From Squalus acanthias (Eukaryota), in assembly GCA_030390025.1 (NCBI GenBank), contig JASTWF010000033.1:1738001-1802000 (forward strand): DNA of 64,000 nt, in the 5' to 3' direction. The position numbers and the translations under genes are program-made. The notes under the pieces are model-generated. The model saw only the letters and a list, made by a program, of their open reading frames with translations, was not told the origin of the DNA and did not search any database. Below, piece after piece: positions 52,101 through 64,000 of the stretch. Each line of letters opens with the position of its first letter. Position 1 is the stretch's first letter.

Positions 52101-52829
52101 GCTTTACTCGTATTTAACCCGTGCTGTACCTGCCCTGGCAGTGTTTGATGGACAGTATAGAGGGAGCTTTACTCTGTATCTAACCCGTGCTTACCTGCCC
52201 TGGGAGTGTTTGATGGGACAGTGTAGAGGGAGCTTTACTCTGTATCTAACCCGTGCTGTACCTGCCCTGGAAGTTTGATGGGACAGTGTAGAGGGAGCTT
52301 TACTCTGTATCTAACCCGTGCTGTACCTGCCCTGGGAGTGTTTGATGGGACAGTGCTGAGTGAGCTTTACTCTGTATCTAACCAGTGCTGTACCTGCCCT
52401 AGGCGTGTTTGATGGAACAGTACAGAGGGAGCTTTACTCTGTATCTAACCCGTGCTGTACCTGCCCTGGGAGTGTTGATGGGACATGTAGCGGGAGCTTT
52501 ACTCTGTATCTAACCCGTGCTGTACCTGCCCTGGGAGTGTTTGATGGGACATGTAAGGGGAGCTTTACTGTATAGTAACCCGTGCTGTACCTGCCCTGGG
52601 AGTGTTTGATGGGACAGTGTAGAGGGAGCTTTTACTCTGTATCTAACCCGTGCTGTACCTGCCCTGGGAGTGTTTTGATGGGACAGTGCAGAGGGAGCTT
52701 TACTCTGTATCTAACCTGTGCTGTACCTCCGCCCTGGACTGTTTGAATGGGACAGTGTAGAGGGAGCTTTCTCTGTATCTAACACCGTGCTGTAACCTCT
52801 GGGAGTGTTGATGTGACAGTGTAGAGGAG
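37137..52829 (+). repeat. 67-bp satellite array (about 234 monomers), forward orientation, running into the gap
   Basis: Unit cctgccctgggagtgtttgatgggacagtgtagagggagctttactctgtatctaacccgtgctgta. Confidence 0.98.
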
Positions 52830-53029
52830 NNNNNNNNNNNNNNNNNNNNNNNNNNNNNNNNNNNNNNNNNNNNNNNNNNNNNNNNNNNNNNNNNNNNNNN
52901 NNNNNNNNNNNNNNNNNNNNNNNNNNNNNNNNNNNNNNNNNNNNNNNNNNNNNNNNNNNNNNNNNNNNNNNNNNNNNNNNNNNNNNNNNNNNNNNNNNNN
53001 NNNNNNNNNNNNNNNNNNNNNNNNNNNNN
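52830..53029. other. Assembly gap (200 N)
   Basis: Run of exactly 200 N, typical of a fixed-size scaffolding gap. Confidence 0.99.
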
Positions 53030-54771
53030 TAGAGTGGAATAAAATGTATGCAAAGATCCACAAAGTCATTTTTCAGTATCTCACTGACTGCCTTGAAGTG
53101 AAGTGAAATAAAGTGATAAACAGCATTACATGTGGACCAAACAAGAATGAAATCAATAGGGTTTAATACAGCAACAGCAGTTAATAAGACAGCAGTCCAC
53201 ATCTCACACAAACACCAGCTTTTGCTCTCGACTTCTCTCTCTCTCACTCACACACACACTCACAGCCTGGCCAGCCTTCAGAGGGATGAATGCCGTGTTG
53301 AAAAATTAAAACCAAAAATACACTTTTCTGTATCTTATCTTTTCACTTTGTGGCCTACTGAAACAGGCTTTCTATTCTGCACCTTGCCTTGTGATTTCAT
53401 GTTTCGCTCTCTCACTGGCCATCTGTCTGTCTGTCTCTCACTCACATACTCTCCCTCCCATCCAGTGTGAACTAAAACTTTGTGACATGACACACAGATT
53501 CTGCAATTTGCAGACATACAGACACACTCACACAGACGCTGCAATTTCCAGAAACTCACACACATACATCCATTTTGAAAGATGTGGAGCCTGGGAGTGT
53601 CAATGTTTGATGATGTCCCTTCCTGGCTGTGCGGCCATGTTTGATGAGGATAATCAAACTGGAAGAAGTGAAGCCGAGGCCCCAGAAATCCGGGTCCCCG
53701 AGAGGAAATGAAAGCCCGGAGGGTGAAAAGAAATAAATACAATCAGGAATAAATATTAATATATATACTTTACTTCTGTTAACTAAATGTCTGCCTGTCT
53801 GTGGTTTGCCTGGAGTGTAATAAAATGAATGGAAAGATCGCACAGCAGCTTTTGCTCTGAAAAGATCCCAAGCATATTCCCCAATAAAGAACAGTCAAGA
53901 AAAAAATCAAATGGAATATTCTGAAAATAATTTAAAAAACATAATTTTTTTTTAGCAAATGTCTTGTCTTGTTTAAGTTGGGCTGAAGCGGAGAGTAAGA
54001 TCCCACAGCAGGATGTGCCATGAAATACACCACAAACACATTCCCCTATAAAGTCCAGTCCAGTAAAATATCAAATGGCTTGATGTATATATGTAGAATT
54101 GCTTTTTACAAAATTCTTGAAAGAAAGGCAAAGTAAGATCCCACCACAGCGTAGTCTGGAATTAAATCAGTATGATCTAATGGTGTATACTTTCAGTTGT
54201 TTTCAGACATGAGATGCAATAGCAATGCACACGGCAGATAACTTGAACACAGACAAGCCCTGCATACACAGCTTTTGCTGTCTGTCTCTCTCTCTCTGTC
54301 TCTCTCACACACACACAGCCAGCCTGCAAAATTGCCACAAATCACTGTCAGCAATGAAAGAAAGTTGATTCCTTTCATAGCTCTGCTCTGTTTGTGAGTT
54401 TAAAAGCAAACAGACAGTTTTCAGTATTTTATTCTGCATTTTGTCTTGATTTCTCTCTCTGCCTGCCAGCCTGCCTTGTCACACACAAACTCACAGCCTG
54501 GCCAGCCTACAGAGGGATGACTGCCGAGTTGGAAGATTAAAACCAAAATGACATACAGACACACTCAGACACACTCTGCAATTTGCAGAAACTCACACTC
54601 ACACACATACAGACACACTCTGCAATTTGCAGAAACTCACACTCATACTCACATCCATTTTGAAAAGGGTGCAGCCTGGGAGCGGCTGAGTCACGTGACC
54701 CTGTGGCTGGGCCTCTGACCTCACAATGGGCGATGACGCGATCAGCTCGACCGGGGAACCCTTCAATTAAA

Positions 54772-55745
54772 TTAAATGCAATTAAAGGACACTGTCAATC
54801 CGGGTCTTGTTCCTTGCAGAGTCTTCAGCTGTTTCTGTCCGGATGAACTGAACTCATTGTTCACCAGCCTGAAACAGATTAAAGAGTAAACAGGAAATAA
54901 ACAGATTGAACATCAGTGTAAATAACCGCGAGACTGGGCTTAATATTTCAATAATAATTACAGACAAATATTACCCACAGTGACTGAATCCCATTGATAT
55001 TTTATTGATTACATTAAACATTAACACAAACACTCACCCGATCTGCTCCAGACTCCGGCAGGTCAGTATGAGGCGGCGGAGAGCGGGGACAGATCGGTCT
55101 GTGAAGGAGTTTGATCCCAGGATCAGATCCGTCAGTGAGCGGTTTGTACTGAGAGCGGAGGCGAGATCCTCGGCACAAGAATCTGTGAGACCGACAGACT
55201 GTAGACTGGGGATCAGTGAGAGAAATAACAGGAATCAGAGTCAATCCCCACAGTTTATTAATAACACTATTACTGATACTAATAATAATGTTCAGTGTCA
55301 GACATCCAGTTATTATAAACACAATCTCACACAGTCTGGTACTTACCCCAGTGTCTGTATTTTACAGTCCGGGTTCCTCAGAGCCGCAGTCAATAGTTTC
55401 ACTCCTGAATCTCCCAGTTTATTGTGACTCAGGTCTAGAACCGTCAGTGAGCGGTTTGTACTGAGAGCGGAGGCGAGATCCTCGGCACAAGAATCTGTGA
55501 GACCGACAGCCCCTAGACTGGGGATCAGAGAGAGAAATAACAGGAATCAGAGTCAATCCCCACAGTTTATTAATAACACTATTAGTGATACTAATAATAA
55601 TGTTCAGTGTCAGACATCCAGTTATTATAAACACAATCTCACACAGTCTGGTACTTACCACAGTGTCTGTATTTTACAGTCCGGGTTCCTCAAAGCCGCA
55701 GACAATAGTTTCACTCCTGAATCTCCCAATTTATTGTCACTCAGT
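54772..55745 (-). CDS. 3' four exons of an NLR-family (NACHT-LRR, NLRP/NLRC3-like) gene encoding ribonuclease-inhibitor-type LRRs: 55745-55659, 55517-55347, 55205-55038, 54868-54772
   Basis: Exons of 87, 171, 168 and 97 nt, all with AG/GT(A/G)AGT boundaries in phase 2. They splice in frame to [173 protein letters not shown]. The NACHT domain is not in the window. Confidence 0.88.
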
Positions 55746-55884
55746 CTAAACACAAACAGAGAGAGAAACACACTGAATCAAAGCCCGGATCTGATATATT
55801 TTTCTCTCTCGGATATTACAGCAATCACTGAAAGTACTTCAGGACATTAATAATCCGGTTTCTCCCCGCGATTTCCCCCCTGGG

Positions 55885-58800
55885 CGGGTCGGTGCCGGTG
55901 GATGGTCGGGTGGAGTCGGGGTCGGTGGATGGTCGGGTGGAGTCGGGGGATGGTCGGGTGGGGTCCGTGGATGGTCGGGTGGGGTCGGGGGATGGTCGGG
56001 TGGGGCCGGTGTCGGTGGATGGTCGGGTGGGGCCGGGGTCGGTGGATGGTCGGGTGGGGTCGGTGGATGGTCGGGTGGGGTCGGTGGATGGTCGGGTGGA
56101 GTCGGGGTCGGTGGATGGTTGGGTGGGGCCGGGGTCGGTGGATGGTCGGGTGGGGCCGGGGCCGGTGGATGGTCGGGTGGGGCCGGGGTCGGTGGATGGT
56201 CGGGTGGGGCCGGGGGATGGTCGGGTGGGGTCGGTGGATGGTCGGGTGGGGTCGAGGGATGGTCGGGTGGGGTCGGGGTCGGTGGATGGTCGGGTGGGGC
56301 CGGGGTCGGGGGATGGTCGGATGGGGCCGGAGGATGGTCAGGTGGGGTCGGTGGATGGTCGGGTGGGGTCGAGGGATGGTCGGGTGGGGTCGGGGGATGG
56401 TCGGGTGCGGTCGGGGTCGGTGGATGGTCGGGTGGGGCCGAGGTCGGGGGATGGTCGGGTGGGGCCGGGGGATGGTCGGGTGGGGTCGGTGGATGGTCGG
56501 GTGGGGCCGGAGTCGGGGGATGGTCGGGTGGGGCCGGGGTCGGTGGATGGTCGGGTGGGGTCGGGGGATGGTCGGGTGGGGTCGGTAGATGGTCGGGTGG
56601 GGCCGGGGTCGGGGGATGGTCGGGTGGGGCCGGGGTCGGGGAATGGTCGGGTGGGGCCGGGGTCGGGTCGAGTGGGGTCGGGGTCGGGGGATGGTCGGGT
56701 GGGGCCGGGGTCGGGGGTTGGTCGGGTGGGGCCGGGGTCAGGGGATGGTCGGGTGGGGTCGGGGTCGGGGGATGGTCGGGTGGGGTCGGTGGTTGGTCGG
56801 GTGGGGTCGGTGGATGGTCGGGTGGGGCCGGGGTCGGTGGATGGTCGGGTGTGGCCGGGGTCGGGGGATGGTCAGGTGGGGCCGGGGTCGGGGGATGGTC
56901 GGGTGGGGCCGGGGTCGGGGGACGGTCAGGTGGGGCCGGGGTCGGAGGACGGTCGGGTGGGGTCGGTGTCGGTGGATGGTCGGGTGGGGTCGGGGTCGGT
57001 TGTTGGTCGGGTGGGGCCGGGGCGGGGTGGTTCCGGGGTCGGTGGATGGTCGGGTCGGGGGAGGGGGAGGGTCGGGTGGGGCCGGGGTCGGTGGATGGTC
57101 GGGTGGGGCCGAGGGAGGGGGATGGTCGGGTGGGGCCGGGGTCGGGGGATGGTCGGGTGGGATCGGGGTCGTGGATGATCGAGTGGGGTCGGTGGATGGT
57201 CGGGTCGGGCCGGGGTCGGTGGATGGTCGGGTGGGGTCGGTGGATGGTCGGGTGGGGCCAGTGGAAAATCGGGTAGGGTCTGTGGATGGTCGGGTGGGGT
57301 CGGGGCCGGTGGATGGTCGGGTGGGGCCAGTGTCAAGTGGGGCCGGGGTCGGTGGATGGTCGGGTGGGGCTGGTGTCGGGGGATGGACGGGTGGGGTCGG
57401 GGTCGGTGGATGGTCGGGTGGGGCCAGTGTCAAGTGGGGCCGGGGTCGGTGGATGGTCGGGTGGGGCTGGTGTCGGGGGATGGACGGGTGGGGTCGGGGT
57501 CGGGGGATGGTCGGGTGGGGTCGGTGGATGGTCGGGTGGGGTCGGTGGATGTTCGGGTGGGGCCGGGGTCGGTTAATGGTCGGGTGGGGTCGGGGTCGGG
57601 GGATGGTCAGGTGGGGCCGGGGTCGGGGGATGGTCGGGTGGGGTCGGGGTCGGTGGATGGTCGGGTGGGGCCGGGGTTGGTGAATGGTCGGGTCGGGGGA
57701 GGCGGAGGGTGGGGTGGGTCCGGGATCGGTGGATGGTCGGGTGGAGCCGGGGACGGGGGATGGTCGGGTGGGGCAGGGGTCGGGGGATGGTCATCTGGGG
57801 CCGGGGTCGGTGGATGGTCGGGTGGGGTCGGGGTCGGTGGATGGTCGGATGGGGCCGGGGTCGGTGGATTTTCGGGTGGTGTCGGGGTCGGTGGATGGTC
57901 GGGTGGGGTCGGGGTCGGTGGATGGTCGGGTGGGGTCGGGTCGGTGGATGGTCGGGTGGGGCCGGGGTCGGTGGATGGTCGGGTGGGGTCTTGGTCGGTG
58001 GATAGTCGTGTGGGGCTGGGGTCGGTGGATGGTCGGTTGGGGCCGGGGACGGTGGATGTTCGGGTGGTGCCGGGATCGGTGGATGGTCGGGTGGGGCCGG
58101 GGTCGGTGGATGGTCGGGTGGGGCCGGGGTCGGTAGATGGTCGGGTGGGTCGGTGGGTAGTCGGTTGGGGCCGGGGTCGGCGGATGGTCGGGTGGGGTCG
58201 GGGTCGGTGGGTGGTCGGTTGGGGCCGGGGTCGTGGGATGGTCGGGTGGGGTCGGGGTCGGTGGATGGTCGGGTGGGGGTCGGTGGATGGTCGTGTGGGG
58301 CCGGGGTCGGGGGATAGTCGGGTGGAGTCGGTGGATGGTCGGGTGGGGCCGGGGTCGGTGGATGGTCAGGTGGGGCCGGGGACAGGGGATGGTCGGGTGG
58401 GGCCGAGGGCGGGGGATAGTCAGGTGGGGCTGGGGTCGGGGAATGGTCGGGTGGGGTCGGGGTCGGTGGATGGTCGGGTGGGGCCGGGGTCGGTAGATGG
58501 TCGGGTGGGTCGGTGGGTAGTCGGTTGGGGCCGGGGTCGGCGGATGGTCGGGTGGGGTCGGGGTCAGTGGGTGGTCGGTTGGGCCCGGGGTCGTGGGATG
58601 GTCGGGTGGGGTCGGGGTCGGTGGATGGTCGGGTTGGGTCGGTGGATGGTCGTGTGGGGCCGGGGTCGGGGGATAGTCGGGTGGACTCGGTGGATGGTCG
58701 GGTGGAGCCGGGGTCGGTGGATGGTCGGGTGGGGCCGGGGTCGGTAGATGGTCGGGTGGGTCGGTGGGTAGTCGGTTGGGGCCGGGGTCGGCGGATGGTC

Positions 58801-61800
58801 GGGTGGGGTCGGGGTCGGTGGGTGGTCGGTTGGGGCCGGGGTCGTGGGATGGTCGGGTGGGGTCGGGTCGGTGGATGGTCGGTGGGGTCGGTGGATGGTC
58901 GTGTGGGGCGGGGTCGGGGGATAGTCGGGTGGAGTCGGTGGATGGTCGGGTGGGGCCGGGGTCGGTGGATGGTCAGGTGGGGCCGGGGACGGGGGATGGT
59001 CGGGTGGGGCCGAGGGCGGGGTATAGTCAGGTGGGGCTGGGGTCGGGGAATGGTCGGGTGGGGTCGGGGTCGGTGGATGGTCGGGTGGGGCCGGGGTCGG
59101 TGGATGGTCGCGTCGGGGTCGGGGAAGGGTCGGGTGGGGCCGGGGTCTGTGGATGGTCGGGTGGGGCCGGGGTCGGGGAATGGTCGGGTGGGGCCGTGGT
59201 CGGGGGATGGTCGGGTGGGGCTGGGGTCGGTGGATGGTCGGTTGGGGTCGGGGTCGGTGGATGATCGGGTGGGGTCGGTGGATGGTCGGGTGGGGACGGT
59301 GGATGATCGGGTAGGGTCGGTGGATGGTCGGGTGGGGTCGGTGGATAGTCAGGTGGGGTCGGGGTCGGTGGATGGTCGATTGGGGCCGGGGTCGGTGGAT
59401 GGTCGGGTGGGGTCGGGTCGGTGGATTGTCGGGTGGGGTCGGGGTCGGTGGATGGTTGGTTGGGGTCGGGTTAGGTGGATGGTCGGGTGGGGCCTGGGTC
59501 GGTGGATGGTCGGGTGGGGTCTTGGTCGGTGGTTGGTCGGGTGGGGCTGGGGTCGGTGGATGGTCAAGTCGGGTCGGGTTCGGTGGATGGTCGGTTGGGG
59601 CCGGGGTCGGTGGATGGTCGGGTGTTTCGGTGGGTGGTCGGGTGGGGTCGGGGTCGGTGGATGGTCGGGTGGGGTCGGTGGATGGTCGGGTGGGGCCGGG
59701 GTCGGTGGATGGTCGGGTGTGGCCGGGGTCGGGGGATGGTCAGGTGGGGCCGGGGTCGGGGGATGGTCGGGTGGGGCCGGGGTCGGGGGACGATCAGGTG
59801 GGGCCGGGGTCGGAGGACGGTCGGGTGGGGTCGATGTCGGTGGATGGTCGGCTGGGGTCGGGGTCGGTTGTTGGTCGGGTGGGGCCGGGGCCAGGTGGTT
59901 CCGGGGTCGGTGGATGGTCGGGTCGGGGGAGGGGGAGGGTCGGTGGGGCCGGGGTCGGTGGATGGTCGGGTGGGGCCGGGTCGGGGGATGGTCGGGTGGG
60001 GCCGGGTCGGGGGATGGTCGGGAGGGGCCGGGGTCGGTGGATGGTCGGGTGGGATCGGGTTCGTGGATGATCGAGTGGGGTCGGTGGATGGTCGGGTCGT
60101 GCCGGGGTCGGTGGATGGTCGGGTGGGGTCGGTGGATGGTCGGGTGGGGCCAGTGGAAAATCGGGTAGGGTCTGTGGATGGTCGGGTGGGGTCGGGGCCG
60201 GTGGAAGATCGAGTGGGACCGGTGGATGGTCGGGTGGGGCCGGGGTCGGTGGATGGTCGGGTGGGGCCAGTGTCAAGTGGGGCCGGGTTCGGTGGATGGT
60301 CGGATGGGGCTGGTGTCGGGGGATGGACGGGTGGGGTCGGGGTCGGGGGATGGTCGGGTGGGGTCGGTGGATGGTCGGGTGGGGTCGGTGGATGTTCGGG
60401 TGGGACCGGGGTCGGTTACTGGTCGGGTGGGGTCGGGGTCGGGGGATGGTCAGGTGGGGCCGGGGTCGGGGGATGGTCGGGTGGGGTCGGGGTCGGTGGA
60501 TGGTCGGGTGGGGCCGGGGTCGGTGGATGGTCGCGTCGGGGTCGGGGAAGGGTCGGGTGGGGCCGGGGTCTGTGGATGGTCGGGTGGGGCCGGGTTCGGG
60601 GAATGGTCGGGTGGGGCCGTGGTCGGGGATGGTCGGGTGGGGCTGGGGTCGGTGGATGGTCGGTTGGGTCGGGGTCGGTGGATGATCGGTGGGGTCGGTG
60701 GATGGTCGGGTGGGGCCGGTGGATAATCGGGTAGGGTCGGTGGATGGTCGGGTGGGGTCGGTGGATAGTCAGGTGGGGTCGGGGTCGGTGGATGGTCGAT
60801 TGGGGCCGGGGTCGGTGGATGGTCGGGTGGGGTCGGGTCGGTGGATGGTCGGGTGGGGTCGGGGTCGGTGGATGGTTGGTTGGGTCGGGTTAGGTGGATG
60901 GTCGGGTGGGGCCTGGGTCGGTGGATGGTCGGTGGGGTCTTGGTCGGTGGTTGGTCGGGTGGGGCTGGGGTCGGTGGATGGTCGTGTGTTCGGTGGGTGG
61001 TCGGTTGGGGCCGGGGTCGGGGGATGGTCGGGTGGGGTCGGGGTCGGTGGATGGTCGGGTGGGGTCGTTGGATGGTCGGTTGGGGCCGGGGTCGGGGATG
61101 GTCGGTTGGGGTCGGGGTCGGTGGATGGTTGGGTGGGGTCGGTGGATGGTCGTGTGGGGCCGGGGTCGGGGGATGGTCGGGTGGAGTCGGGTGTCGGTGG
61201 ATGGTCGGGTGGTGCCGGTGTCGAGTCGGGTGGGGTCGGGGTCGGTGGATGGTCGGGTGGGGCCGGGGTCGGTGGATGGTCGGGTTGGGTCGTTGGATGG
61301 TCGGGTGGGGCCAGGGTCGTTTGATGGTCGGGTGGGGCCGGGGTCGGTGGATGGTCGGGTGGGCGGGGTCGGTGGATGGTCGGGTGGGGCCGGGTCGGTG
61401 GATGGTCGGGTAGGGACGGGTCGGTGGATGGTCGGGTGGTTCGGTGGGTGGTCGGTTGGGGCCGGGGTCGGGGGATGGTCGGGTGGGGTCGGGGTCGGTG
61501 GATGGTCGCGTGGGGTCGGTGGATGGTCGGTTGGGGCCGGGGTCGGGGGATGGTCGGGTGGGGTCGGGGTCGGTGGATGGTCGGGTGCGGTCGGTGGATG
61601 GTCGTATGGGGCCGGGGTCGGGGGATGGTCGGGTGGATTCGGGTGTCGGTGGATGGTCGGGTGGGTCCGGGTCGGATCGGGTGGGGTCGGGGTCGGTGGA
61701 TGGTCGGGTGGGGCCGGGGTCGGTGGATAGTCGGGTGGAGTCGGTGGATGGTCGGGTGGGGCCGGGGTCGGTGGATGGTCAGGTGGGGCCGGGACGGGGG

Positions 61801-64000
61801 ATGGTCGGGTGGGGCCGAGGGCGGGGTATAGTCAGGTGGGGCTGGGGTCGGGGAATGGTCGGGTGGGGTCGGGGTCGGTGGATGGTCGGGTGGGGCCGGG
61901 GTCGGTGGATGGTCGCGTCGGGGTCGGGGAAGGCTCGGGTGGGGCCGGGGTCTGTGGATGGTCGGGTGGGGCCGGGGTCGGGGAATGGTCGGGTGGGGCC
62001 GTGGTCGGGGGATGGTCGGGTGGGGCTGTGGTCGGTGGATGGTCGGTTGGGGTCGGGGTCGGTGGATGATCGGGTGGGGTCGGTGGATGGTCGGGTGGGG
62101 CCGGTGGATGATCGGGTAGGGTCGGTGGATGGTCGGGTGGGGTCGGTGGATAGTCAGGTGGGGTCGGGGTCGGTGGATGGTCGATTGGGGCCGGGGTCGG
62201 TGGATGGTCGGGTGGGGTCGGGTCGGTGGATGGTCGGGTGGGGTAGGGGTCGGTGGATGGTTGGTTGGGGTCGGGTTAGGTGGATGGTCGGGTGGGGCCT
62301 GGGTCGGTGGATGGTCGGGTGGGGTCTTGGTCGGTGGTTGGTCGGGTGGGGCTGGGGTCGGTGGATGGTCGGTTGGGGCCGGGGTCGGTGGATGGTCGGG
62401 TGTTTCGGTGGGTGGTCGGGTGGGGTCGGGGTCGGGGGATGGTCGGGTGGGGTCGGTGGATGGTCGGGTGGGGTCGGTGGATGGTCGGGTGGGGCCGGGG
62501 TCGGTGGATGGTCGGTTGTGGCCGGGGTCGGGGGATGGTCAGGTGGGGCCGGGGTCGGGGGATGGTCGGGTGGGGCCGGGGTCGGGGGACGATCAGGTGG
62601 GGCCGGGGTCGGAGGACGGTCGGGTGGGGTCGATGTCGGTGGATGGTCGGGTGGGGTCGGGGTCGGTTGTTGGTCGGGTGGGGCCGGGGCCGGGTGGTTC
62701 CGGGATCGGTGGATGGTCGGGTCGGGGGAGGGGGAGGGTCGGGTGGGGCCGGGGTCGGTGGATGGTCGGGTGGGGCCGGGGTCGGGGGATGGTCGGGTGG
62801 GGCCGGGGTCGGGGGATGGTCGGGAGGGGCCGGGGTCGGTGGATGGTCGGGTGGGATCGGGTTCGTGGATGATCGAGTGGGGTCGGTGGATGGTCGGGTC
62901 GTGCCGGGGTCGGTGGATGGTCGGGTGGGGTCGGTGGATGGTCGGGTGGGGCCAGTGGAAAATCGGGTAGGGTCTGTGGATGGTCGGGTGGGGTCGGGGC
63001 CGGTGGAAGATCGAGTGGGACCGGTGGATGGTCGGGTGGGGCCGGGGTCGGTGGATGGTCGGGTGGGGCCAGTGTCAAGTGGGGCCGGGGTCGGTGGATG
63101 GTCGGATGGGGCTGGTGTCGGGGGATGGACGGGTGGGGTCGGGGTCGGGGGATGGTCGGGTGGGGTCGGTGGATGGTCGGGTGGGGTCGGTGGATGTTCG
63201 GGTGGGGCCGGGGTCGGTTACTGGTCGGGTGGGGTCGGGGTCGGGGATGGTCAGGTGGGGCCGGGGTCGGGGGATGGTCGGGTGGGGTCGGGGTCGGTGG
63301 ATGGTCGGGTGGGGCCGGGGTTGGTGAATGGTCGGGTCGGGGGAGGCGGAGGGTCGGGTGGGGTCGGTGGATGGTCGGGTGGGGTCGAGGGATGGTCGGG
63401 TGGGGTCGGGGGATGGTCGGGTGCGGTCGGGGTCGGTGGATGGTCGGGTGGGGCCGAGGTCGGGGATGGTCGGGTGGGGCCGGGGATGGTCGGGTGGGGT
63501 CGGTGGATGGTCGGGTGGGGCCGGAGTCGGGGGATGGTCGGGTGGGCCGGGGTCGGTGGATGGTCGGGTGGGGTCGGGGATGGTCGGGTGGGGTCGGTAG
63601 ATGGTCGGGTGGGGCCGGGGTCGGGGATGGTCGGGTGGGGCCGGGTCGGGTCGAGTGGGGTCGGGTCGGGGGATGGTCGGGTGGGGCCGGGGTCGGGGGA
63701 TGGTCGGGTGGGGCCGGGGTCGGGGAATGGTCGGGTGGGGCCGGGGTCGGGTCGAGTGGGGTCGGGGTCGGGGATGGTCGGGTGGGGCCGGGGTCGGGGG
63801 ATGGTCGGGTGGGGCCGGGGTCGGGGAATGGTTGGGTGGGGCCGGGGTCTGGTCGAGTGGGGTCGGGGTCGGGGGATGGTCGGGTGGGGCCGGGGTCGGG
63901 GGATGGTCGGGTGGGGCCGGGGGTCGGGGGACGGTCAGGTGGGGCCGGAGTCGGTGGACGGTCGGGTGGGGTCGGTGGATGGTCGGGTGGGGTCGGTGGA
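55885..64000. repeat. G/T-rich satellite, units of 21/27 bp (ggtggatggtcgggtgggg[ccgggg]tc)n, over 8 kb
   Basis: Direct periodicity with extreme strand asymmetry; continues to the window end. Confidence 0.97.

Noticed and set aside
37137..52829. CRISPR-like regular array / short MLYLPWEC ORFs
   Set aside because: Head-to-tail satellite with no unique spacers, in a eukaryotic context; the 67-bp unit is not a multiple of 3.
55005..55850. Listed ORFs overlapping the LRR exons
   Set aside because: Wrong frame or strand. The supported coding frame is the spliced minus-strand LRR.
55892..63600. Many long Gly/Arg/Trp-rich ORFs
   Set aside because: G-rich satellite with unit lengths divisible by 3 and few stop codons; all three frames are open.
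55885..64000. Immunoglobulin switch-region analogue
   Set aside because: G-rich but lacks the AGCT motif density, and no Ig exons are present.

Overview
Repeat-rich vertebrate genomic DNA, most consistent with a cartilaginous fish (inferred from recognised CR1 LINE, satellite and C2H2-ZNF sequence types, not from a search). Positions 10.8-37.1 kb hold a cluster of five modular C2H2 zinc-finger genes (A-E) plus two remnants. The typical module is an NRF1/YY1 CpG promoter, a 63-bp array of splice-donor-like motifs, a short intron, one ZNF exon and a conserved 3' flank. The modules form nested inverted duplications. The outer arms (about 3.2-3.7 kb) run into two oppositely oriented arrays of the same 67-bp satellite, giving a palindrome-like domain of about 47 kb. 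Only ZNF-D has an intact ATG-initiated ORF (10 fingers); the other four share one CGA>TGA stop followed 39 nt later by an ACG in strong Kozak context. Interspersed are several CR1 LINEs (one young, with an intact 552-aa RT frame), a decayed LTR element carrying a fusion-glycoprotein-like env remnant, two Penelope-like insertions with minimal hammerhead ribozymes, and minisatellites of 39, 30 and 27 bp. After a 200-N gap lie four spliced LRR exons of an NLR-type gene on the minus strand, which the ORF track misses. They are followed by an 8-kb G-rich satellite, probably intronic.
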